Shown: one piece after another, positions 44,441 to 51,610 of the stretch
Layout of the letters: every line of letters begins with the position of its first letter
Numbering within the stretch: the stretch's first letter is position 1
Made by a program: the position numbers and the translations under genes
Assembly: GCA_902826095.1 (NCBI GenBank)
Contig: CADEDN010000004.1
Location: 1 to 64,000, forward strand
DNA from: an uncultured Alphaproteobacteria bacterium
Lineage (GTDB): Bacteria; Pseudomonadota; Alphaproteobacteria; Caulobacterales; Parvularculaceae
Length of the DNA: 64,000 bases
Direction: 5' to 3'
Notes under the pieces: model-generated
Told to the model about the DNA's origin: nothing
What the model saw: the letters and a program-made list of their open reading frames with translations, nothing else
Databases searched by the model: none

Positions 44441-44666
44441 CCCCCTCTCGCGCTTGCGGGGTCGGACCATGCGTCCGACGGGCCGGGGGTGAGGGGGCGT
44501 CAAAGGAGAGCGCCGCTCATGTTCGACGCCCCCTCACCCTGCCCTCTCCCGCAAGCGGGAGAGGGTGGCTCGTTTGGCGCACGCAATAAACTTCGAAGAT
44601 TTGGATTGCGCGGTGAGATCGCAGAAGAAGGGCGCCTTCCCCCCTCTCCCGCAAGCGGGAGAGGGT
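44441..44666. repeat. REP family B copies
   Basis: CCCTCTCGCGCTTGCGGGGTCGGACCATGCGTCCGAC...GGGGGTGAGGGGGCGTCAAAGGAGAG...CCCTCTCCCGCAAGCGGGAGAGGG. Confidence 0.75.
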
Positions 44667-44674
44667 TCGCGCCG

Positions 44675-46177
44675 CTACGTCTCCAGCATCGGCAGGAGGT
44701 AGCGGTACAAGGGATCGGCGAAGAGGAAGAGGAGGAGCGCCAGCGCCGCCGTCAACGCCGGGGCGAGGAGGCAGAGGAGCGGCGCTTCCTTCATCGCGCG
44801 CCAGTCGATCGGTTTGCCGCCGGACCCTTGCGAGCGGGCGCCGGCCCCCGCCGGTTCGAGATAGAACGCCATCACCGGGATCGCCAGCAGATAGACGACA
44901 TTCAGCAGCGACGAGAGAATGAGGACGCCGATCGCGAACAGCGCGCCGGCGTCCGCCGCGCCGAGCATCAGCAGGAATTTCGGCCAGGAGCCGCCGGCGG
45001 GCGGCAGGCCGACGATCGACATCGCGCCGATGAAGAACAAGATGAAGGTGATCGGCATCTTCGCGCCAAGGCCGCGCATTTCCGAGACCAGCGTCTTGTG
45101 GGCGGCGACGTAGATGGCGCCGGCGCACATGAAGAGCGTCATCTTGCCGGCGGCGTGCGCGGCGATCTGCAAGGCGCCGCCCATCGCGCCCATCGACGTC
45201 GCCAGCATCGCGCCCAGGGTCACATAGGAAAGCTGCGAGATCGTCGACCAGGCGAGGCGCGCTTTCAGATTGTCCTGATGCATGGCGATCGCCGAAGCGA
45301 GGAGGATCGAGATCGCGGCGATCCACAAGAAAGGCGTCGCCGCGCCGGACGCCGACAGGAAATCGATCCCGAATATGTAAACGGCGATCTTGAGGACCGC
45401 GAAGACGCCCGCCTTGACGACCGCGACGGCGTGCAGGAAGGCCGAGACCGGCGTCGGCGCGACCATCGCGTTCGGCAGCCAGGAATGAACCGGCATCAAC
45501 GCCGCTTTCGCCGTTCCGAACAGGAAGAGCCCCATCAAGATCGCCGGCAGCGGACCTGAATCCTGCAAGGGCGCCGCCAGCACGCCGCCCGGCGTGAAAT
45601 CCGTCGTGCCGGCGATCGAATAGACCCAGACGATCGCCGGCAGCAGCAGCGCCATCGAGGTTCCCATCAAGACGCCGAGATAGACCCGCCCGCCATGGCG
45701 CGCCTTGTCGTCGCCCTTGTGGGTGACGAGCGGCCAGGTTGAAAGCGTCAGCGCTTCGTAAAAGAAGAACAGGGTGAACAGATTGGCGGCGTAGGCGACG
45801 CCCATGGCGGAGGCGATGGCGATCGCAAAGCACATGTAAAAGCGCGTTTGATGCTTCTCATCGCCGGCGCGCATATAGCCGATCGAATAGAGCGAATTGA
45901 CGACCCACAAGACGCTCGCAAGGAGCGCGAACATCGCGCCGAGGGGCTCGGCCTGAAAGGCGATCGGCAGCCCGCCGACGACCGTCGTCAGCACAAAGCC
46001 CGGCCGCGCGCCCTCGCCGACGCTGAGGAAGACAAGGGTCGTCAGCGCAATGAGGATCGCGCCGGTCGCCAAGGTCGCCGCCTCGCGAAAATTCGGCGCG
46101 CGGTCAAGGATGAGGATCGCGGCCATGCCGACAAGCGGAACCGCGAGCGCGAGAATGATGGCGAGGCCGGGGGTCAT
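44675..46177 (-). CDS. Mrp/Mnh antiporter subunit D-like (NuoM/NuoL-family proton-conducting membrane subunit)
   Basis: ~500 aa, 14 TM, NuoM-family conserved helices; start placed at MTPGLAIILAL. Confidence 0.75.
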   Translation of the reverse strand: MTPGLAIILALAVPLVGMAAILILDRAPNFREAATLATGAILIALTTLVFLSVGEGARPGFVLTTVVGGLPIAFQAEPLGAMFALLASVLWVVNSLYSIGYMRAGDEKHQTRFYMCFAIAIASAMGVAYAANLFTLFFFYEALTLSTWPLVTHKGDDKARHGGRVYLGVLMGTSMALLLPAIVWVYSIAGTTDFTPGGVLAAPLQDSGPLPAILMGLFLFGTAKAALMPVHSWLPNAMVAPTPVSAFLHAVAVVKAGVFAVLKIAVYIFGIDFLSASGAATPFLWIAAISILLASAIAMHQDNLKARLAWSTISQLSYVTLGAMLATSMGAMGGALQIAAHAAGKMTLFMCAGAIYVAAHKTLVSEMRGLGAKMPITFILFFIGAMSIVGLPPAGGSWPKFLLMLGAADAGALFAIGVLILSSLLNVVYLLAIPVMAFYLEPAGAGARSQGSGGKPIDWRAMKEAPLLCLLAPALTAALALLLFLFADPLYRYLLPMLET

Positions 46178-46373
46178 CGGGACAGAGCCATAGAGGGCGC
46201 GGCCTTTGCTCCCCCGTTTACGGGGGAGCTGTCGCGAAGCGACTGAGGGGGCGCGCCGATGCAACGAGGGCGGCCCTTGCGGCAGCGGCGGCCCCCCTCA
46301 GTCACGCTTCGCGTGACAGCTCCCCCGCTCGCGCGGGGGAGCAGAGCGGCGCCATCAAACGCTTGCGTCGGAC

Positions 46374-47867
46374 TCATCGCGCGTCTCCCATCAGCGCGAC
46401 AGCCGCGCGTTCGGCGAGGTCGACGGTCATTTCGGTGTTGAGCCCGAAATAGACATTCGCGGCGACGAGGATGTAGAGCGGGATCAGCATCGTCGCCGGC
46501 GCCTCCTTCGTTCGGCCGCCGGCGCCTTCGCGCATCGTCATCAGTTCGATGACGCGGCCCATATAGATGACGGCGAGCAGCGACGCGCCGACGACGAGGA
46601 ACGCCGCCCAGGGGCGCCCTGAATCGAACGAAGCGGCGAGGAGCTGCCATTTCGAGATGAAGCCGACCGTCCCCGGAACGCCGACGAGCGACAGCGCGGC
46701 GATGATGAACGCCGCCGCGGTCAGCGGCATCCGCCGCGCAAGGCCGGCGTAACCGGCGCAGGTCTGCGTTCCAAGGCGTAGAACGACGCAGGCCGCCGCC
46801 ATGAACAAGGCGCCCTTCATCAGCCCGTGATTGAAGAGATGAACAAGGCTCGCCGAAAGCCCCTGCTCGGTGCCGAAGGAGACGCCGAGCAGCATGTAGC
46901 CGATCTGGCCGACCGAGGAATAAGCGAGCATGCGCTTCAGATCGTCCTGGAAGATCGCGACGATCGAGGCGAACATCATGCCGGCGACGGCGAGCGGCGC
47001 GATCAGCCAGTTGAACGCGGCGCCCGCGAAATCGAAATCAGCGCCGATCACCGTGTAGATGAAGCGGATGACGACATAGACCGCGACCTTGGTCGACGTC
47101 GCGGCGAGGAAGACGGCGACCGCCGACGGCGCGTGGGCGTAGGCGTTCGGCATCCACAGATGCATCGGGAACATCGCCGCCTTCAATCCCATGCCGACGA
47201 GAATGAAAGCAAAGCCCGCCTCGACCATGCGGTTGCTCTCGCCGGCGAGCTGGATCTTCAGATCCGCCATGTTGAGCGTGCCGGTCGCCTGATAGAGAAG
47301 GCCAAGGCCGATGACGAAGAACGTCGCGCCGATCGTCCCCATGACGAGGTAGTTGAACGAAGCGGTCAGCGCGCGGCGGTCGCGCGCCGCGCCGAGCGCG
47401 ACGAGGGCGTAGGTCGAGAGCGATGATATCTCGACGAAGACGAAGACGTTGAACGCGTCGCCGGTGATGACGACGCCAAGCAGGCCGACCATCGCGATCA
47501 GCGCCATTGCGTAGAACATCGACAATTGCCGGTCGTCGATCTCGGCCCTGATGCTGGCGTAGGAAAACGGGAAAGCGAGCGCGGCGACGCCGGAGACGAG
47601 CGTCAGGACCAGCGCGTTGGCGAGATCGATCCGGTACTCGATGCCGATCGGCGGCGCCCAATCGCCCATATGATAGGAGATCGGCCCCGCCGTCGCGACG
47701 GAATGAAGCAGCGCCGCCGACGCCGCGAAGACGATCCACGAAACGAGCGTCGCAAAGACGTAAGGCAAAAGCCCCTTCAATCGCCGCGGCGGCAGCAAAA
47801 TGGTCAGCGGCGCCGCGATCAGCGGAATGATGATCGGCAGGACCGGAAGCTGCGCCGCCAGATTCAT
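46374..47867 (-). CDS. Mrp/Mnh antiporter subunit D (NuoN/NuoM-like)
   Basis: 497 aa polytopic; AMFPMHLWMPNAYAHAPSAVAV motif typical of MrpD/NuoN. Confidence 0.75.
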   Translation of the reverse strand: MNLAAQLPVLPIIIPLIAAPLTILLPPRRLKGLLPYVFATLVSWIVFAASAALLHSVATAGPISYHMGDWAPPIGIEYRIDLANALVLTLVSGVAALAFPFSYASIRAEIDDRQLSMFYAMALIAMVGLLGVVITGDAFNVFVFVEISSLSTYALVALGAARDRRALTASFNYLVMGTIGATFFVIGLGLLYQATGTLNMADLKIQLAGESNRMVEAGFAFILVGMGLKAAMFPMHLWMPNAYAHAPSAVAVFLAATSTKVAVYVVIRFIYTVIGADFDFAGAAFNWLIAPLAVAGMMFASIVAIFQDDLKRMLAYSSVGQIGYMLLGVSFGTEQGLSASLVHLFNHGLMKGALFMAAACVVLRLGTQTCAGYAGLARRMPLTAAAFIIAALSLVGVPGTVGFISKWQLLAASFDSGRPWAAFLVVGASLLAVIYMGRVIELMTMREGAGGRTKEAPATMLIPLYILVAANVYFGLNTEMTVDLAERAAVALMGDAR

Positions 47868-48544
47868 GCCGCGCGCCCCGGCTTGTGCGGAATATGGCCG
47901 AATTCCGCGATGTCGTCGGCGGCCTCAAGCTCGTCTTCCTCGATTGTTCCGTAGGCCTCGCGGATGCGGACGATGAGCGCGAGGCCGACCGCCGTCGTCG
48001 CGATCCCGACGACGATCGCGGTGAGGATCAGCACATGCGGCAACGGGTTCGAATAGAGGATGTCCGCCGCCTGATGCGCGAGATCGGCGCCGGCGCCGGG
48101 CCCGTCGATCGTCAAGGCGGGCGCGGCGAGAATGTCATTGGCGCCGCCGGCGGGCGCCGCGTGAATTGCGGCCGCGTCCGGCCTTTCGGCGGGCGCGGTG
48201 AGGCTTGCAAGATCATTGCCGGCGAGGTCGAACCCGTCATGCAGGCTCTCGTCAGGGCGAAGGGCGCCCGCGCCCATCTCCGACTTGCCCGCAAGCGACG
48301 GCGCATGATCGCCCGCATGGGCGGTCCGCGCCTTCAGATCGTCGGGGAGGTAGATCGGCGCCGTGCCGCCGTCGATTTTCCCGATCGAGATGTAATAGAT
48401 GAAGACCGACGTCTGGAAGACGTTGAGGCCGATCATCTTCTTGATCAGATTGCCGCGCGCGATGACGATGTAGAGGCCCATCATCATCAGCGTAATGAAT
48501 ATCCAGTAATTGTAGCGCTCCAGCGCGAATGTCACGAAGTCCAT
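47864..48544 (-). CDS. Mrp/Mnh antiporter subunit C (NuoK-like) carrying a ~105-aa low-complexity loop insertion
   Basis: N-terminal NYWIFITLMMMGLYIVIARGNLIKKMIGLNVFQTSVFIYYIS and C-terminal LILTAIVVGIATTAVGLALIVRI match MrpC; middle Pro/Ala/Asp-rich insert. Confidence 0.7.
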   Translation of the reverse strand: MDFVTFALERYNYWIFITLMMMGLYIVIARGNLIKKMIGLNVFQTSVFIYYISIGKIDGGTAPIYLPDDLKARTAHAGDHAPSLAGKSEMGAGALRPDESLHDGFDLAGNDLASLTAPAERPDAAAIHAAPAGGANDILAAPALTIDGPGAGADLAHQAADILYSNPLPHVLILTAIVVGIATTAVGLALIVRIREAYGTIEEDELEAADDIAEFGHIPHKPGRAA

Positions 48545-48550
48545 GGGGCC

Positions 48551-48997
48551 CTACCAGTCCTCGTCGCGGATTTCGGGCTCGCGGCCGGCGAAGTGATAGA
48601 AGATCATCAGCATGGTCGAGGCGACCGCCATGCCGACGCCGAACTCGACGAGCAAGATGCCGTAATGCTGGCCTTCATGATGGGTCGAGTGCGGCGCGAT
48701 CGCGTCGTAGCCGAGAAGATTGCCGCCGAGCAGCATCGTCGCGGCGCCGGTTCCCGCATAGAACAGAAAGCCGACGACCATCATCATCCGCAAGGCGCCG
48801 ATCGGCAGCACGCGGCGCGTCTCTTCAAGGCCCATGACCAGCGCGTGAAGGATGAAGGCGACCGCGAAGATGACGCCCGCCTGAAAGCCGCCGCCGGCGC
48901 CGTAATCGCCGTGGAACTGCACATAGAGCGCAAACAAGAGGATCGGCGCGAACATGAGCTTGATGACGACGCGCAAGATCAGATGTTCGTCTCTCAT
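48551..48997 (-). CDS. Mrp/Mnh antiporter subunit B
   Basis: 148 aa, 4 TM, MnhB-family. Confidence 0.7.
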   Translation of the reverse strand: MRDEHLILRVVIKLMFAPILLFALYVQFHGDYGAGGGFQAGVIFAVAFILHALVMGLEETRRVLPIGALRMMMVVGFLFYAGTGAATMLLGGNLLGYDAIAPHSTHHEGQHYGILLVEFGVGMAVASTMLMIFYHFAGREPEIRDEDW

Positions 48998-49614
48998 GAC
49001 GGCTGATCCTCGCCCCCGCGATCATCGGCCGGACGGTCCTTCACCGCCCGCCCGCCGCGCGGCGCGCCGGCGCCGAGCAGCAGCATGACGCCGAGCCCCG
49101 CGGTGAAGATCACCATCGTCTCGCCGAGCGTGTCGAAGCCGCGATAGCTCGCGAGCACGGCGGTGACGACATTCGGAACCGCGATCTCCGCCGCCGTGCG
49201 CTCCATATAGGCGGCGCCGATATAGGAATTGGCCGGCGCCGCCGCGTCGCCGAAGGCCGGCATGTCGATCGTCGCATAGATGAGCGCCGAGCCGACAAGC
49301 GTGACCACGGCGACGCCGATCGCCGCGCGCCCCGATCGCGCCGGGCTTTCGCGGCGGACGGTCAAGAGCATCGCGCCGAGCATCAGGACCGTTGAAACGC
49401 CCGCTCCGACCGCCGCTTCGGTGAACGCGACGTCGACCGCATCGAGCGAGACGAAGAGCGCGGCCGAGAGCAGGCTGTAAATCCCCGACATCATCACGAT
49501 CGCAAAAAGATGGCGCGAGCGGAGCATCTGATAGGCGACGAGGACAAGCATCGTCAGCAGCGAAAGATCGATGACACGGCCGAAAAGCGCGGCGATTTCC
49601 CCGGTCGGCGTCAC
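48994..49614 (-). CDS. MrpA C-terminal-domain-like (DUF4040/MnhB-like) membrane protein, GTG start
   Basis: membrane segment LLTMLVLVAYQMLRSRHLFAIVMMSGIYSLLSAALFVSLDAVDV; N-terminal 100 aa of the called ORF is Arg-rich junk. Confidence 0.5.
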   Translation of the reverse strand: MTPTGEIAALFGRVIDLSLLTMLVLVAYQMLRSRHLFAIVMMSGIYSLLSAALFVSLDAVDVAFTEAAVGAGVSTVLMLGAMLLTVRRESPARSGRAAIGVAVVTLVGSALIYATIDMPAFGDAAAPANSYIGAAYMERTAAEIAVPNVVTAVLASYRGFDTLGETMVIFTAGLGVMLLLGAGAPRGGRAVKDRPADDRGGEDQPS

Positions 49615-49949
49615 GCCTCGCCCTCCCGCTTCAGAAGGGGGCCGAGCATCGGGCGAAGGCCGACGACATAGGCGGCGTGCGCGATCGCATGCGTCGAAAC
49701 CGGGCTCGTCATGAACAGGAAGAAGCCGATGATGACGAGCTTGGCGGCGACGAGCCAGCTTGGCGCCTGAAGGATCATCGCCAGGAGGATCAGCTCCGCG
49801 CCCGCCGTGTCGGTGATGCCGGCGGCGTGAAGGCGGGTGTAGAAATCCGGAAAGCGGACGATGCCGATCGCGCCGACGACGACGCCGGCGCCGCCGAGCA
49901 GGAACAAGAACCACGACAAGAGATCGCGGATGAGGTCGAGCGTGATCAT
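49611..49949 (-). CDS. Mrp/Mnh antiporter subunit G
   Basis: 112 aa, 3 TM, PhaG/MnhG pattern (GAIGIVRFPDFYTRLHAAGITDTAGA). Confidence 0.75.
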   Translation of the reverse strand: MITLDLIRDLLSWFLFLLGGAGVVVGAIGIVRFPDFYTRLHAAGITDTAGAELILLAMILQAPSWLVAAKLVIIGFFLFMTSPVSTHAIAHAAYVVGLRPMLGPLLKREGEA

Positions 49950-50260
49950 GCGAGATCGCGCTCCCGCATCGCCGGGGCGGCCGATTCCGGCCCCTGCAGC
50001 GGCGCCGATAATGTCCGGTAACGGAAGAATTTGAGGATCGCGATCGTCGAGGCGAAGTTCAACAGCGCATAAAGCAGCGCGATGTCGAGAAAATCCGGCC
50101 GCCCGGTCAAAAAGCCCATGAGGCCGATCAAAATCACCGTCTTGGTGCCGAAGGAATTGCCGGCGAGGACGCGGTCATAAAGCGTCGGCCCGGCGAAAGC
50201 GCGCACCAGCGCCAGCAGCATGGCGACGAGGATCGCGCCGGTCGCGACGGCGATCATCAT
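49946..50260 (-). CDS. Mrp/Mnh antiporter subunit F
   Basis: 104 aa, 3 TM, MrpF pattern. Confidence 0.7.
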   Translation of the reverse strand: MMIAVATGAILVAMLLALVRAFAGPTLYDRVLAGNSFGTKTVILIGLMGFLTGRPDFLDIALLYALLNFASTIAILKFFRYRTLSAPLQGPESAAPAMRERDLA

Positions 50261-50742
50261 CCGCCCCTCCCCTCGATCGCCGCGACGCGCCGGCCCATGT
50301 CGTTGATCGCCGCCTCATCGGCGAGCGCCTCGGTCAGGGCGTGAACGACCATGTGACCCGGCTCAAGATCGACCGTCACCGTGCCGGGCGTCAAGGTGAT
50401 CGAATTGGCGAAGGTCGCAAGACCGGCCTTCGTTTTCGTCGGCGAGACGATCCTGAGAAGCTTTGGCGACAGTTTCGGTTCGACCGCGAGCGCCTGGCGC
50501 GCGACGATGAAATTCGCCTTGCCGATCTCGGCGAACAGCCACCACCAATAAAGGAAGACGCGCGGCATCATGCCGGTCGGCGCGCCTTCCGCATCAAGAA
50601 CGCGGGCGCGGACCGCCAGCGCGACGCACAAGGCGACGGACATGACGCCAAAGCCGAGCAGCAGCGGCTTGTCGAAATAGCCCGAGAGCAATAGCCACAA
50701 AACCGTGAGCGAAACGGTCAGGATGATCGCTCTTCCCAGCAA
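50257..50742 (-). CDS. Mrp/Mnh antiporter subunit E
   Basis: 161 aa, N-terminal 2 TM then soluble domain, MnhE pattern (ANSITLTPGTVTVD). Confidence 0.7.
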   Translation of the reverse strand: MLGRAIILTVSLTVLWLLLSGYFDKPLLLGFGVMSVALCVALAVRARVLDAEGAPTGMMPRVFLYWWWLFAEIGKANFIVARQALAVEPKLSPKLLRIVSPTKTKAGLATFANSITLTPGTVTVDLEPGHMVVHALTEALADEAAINDMGRRVAAIEGRGG

Positions 50743-50836
50743 GTCTTATAGCTCCCGTTCCGACGCGGGCGCGCCCTCGGGATCGACCATTAGGAGTTTT
50801 CAGAGAAAATCAAGCCCTTGGAAAGCGCCCCCTGCC

Positions 50837-50878
50837 TTCACCCCCCTTGGAAAGGGGGTTTGGGGGGATTGGCGCCGC
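50837..50878. repeat. REP family A (TTCACCCCCCTTGGAAAGGGGG + GGGGGGATTGGCGCCG)
   Basis: inverted counterpart at 11120-11213. Confidence 0.7.
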
Positions 50879-50945
50879 GAGGGACCGATCGTCCGTATAA
50901 AAACCAATCTCCGCGGCCTCGCCATTTCCGGCCGGGGCGCTACTT

Positions 50946-51073
50946 CCCCCCTCTCCCGCTTGCGGGAGAGGGGTCGGGGGTGAGGGGGCGTCAACGCAGA
51001 GGTCCGCCCATGTCTCACCTCCCCTCACCCTGCCGTCGGACGCATGGTCCGACCCCGCAAGCGGGAGAGGGTT
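50946..51073. repeat. REP family B copy
   Basis: CCCCTCTCCCGCTTGCGGGAGAGGGGTCGGGGGTGAGGGGGCGTCAACG...GTCGGACGCATGGTCCGAC...CGCAAGCGGGAGAGGG. Confidence 0.75.
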
Positions 51074-51102
51074 CGCACCATAGGGGCGGGAACAAGGACG
51101 GC

Positions 51103-51492
51103 TCAGGCCTCGCCCGGCTTTTTCATCGCGGCGGCGAGGCAGGAGCAGCCGCCGAGGGAGAGGACGCCTCTTGCGTCGAGATATTCCTCGATCGCTTCGG
51201 CGATGAGATCGTCGGCGCTCATGTCGGCTTCGGCGGCGCCGAGCGCGAGGCGCATGAATTCGCGCGCCGACAAATGCACGGTGACGCCGGCCTTGACCTC
51301 TTTTGTCTGCGGCGCCGGCGCGGGCGCGGCGACCGGCGGCGCCGGCGCGGCGTCCCTCACCCGCCGCGCGATCGCACCAGAGACAGCGCACGACGCCCGA
51401 AAGCGACGCGCGCGGAGGACGAATGGAATCACAACTCGGCCGTGACATCTTAGGAAAATACTGCGGGAACGCAAATCATGGAACAATTTCAA
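51103..51492 (-). pseudogene. chimeric ORF: insertion-derived N-terminus fused to orphan duplicate of RHH C-terminal domain
   Basis: C-terminal 77 aa identical to the end of 53969-54883 protein; N-terminal 50 aa encoded by low-GC inserted DNA. Confidence 0.4.
51106..51357. repeat. ~250-bp direct repeat (copy L) duplicating the 3' end of the RHH/ParG-like gene; left boundary of 2.6-kb low-GC insertion
   Basis: near-identical (1-2 mismatches) to 53964-54215. Confidence 0.85.
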
Positions 51493-51610
51493 TGCTTCGC
51501 CCCATCAGGATCCGCGGAGGCCATTGCGAAGGGCGTCGACACTGAAATTAACCGCAATCAATCATAAGCTGGTCCGAGCGTTTAACGGCTCAAGGAATTG
51601 AGGTACTGCA

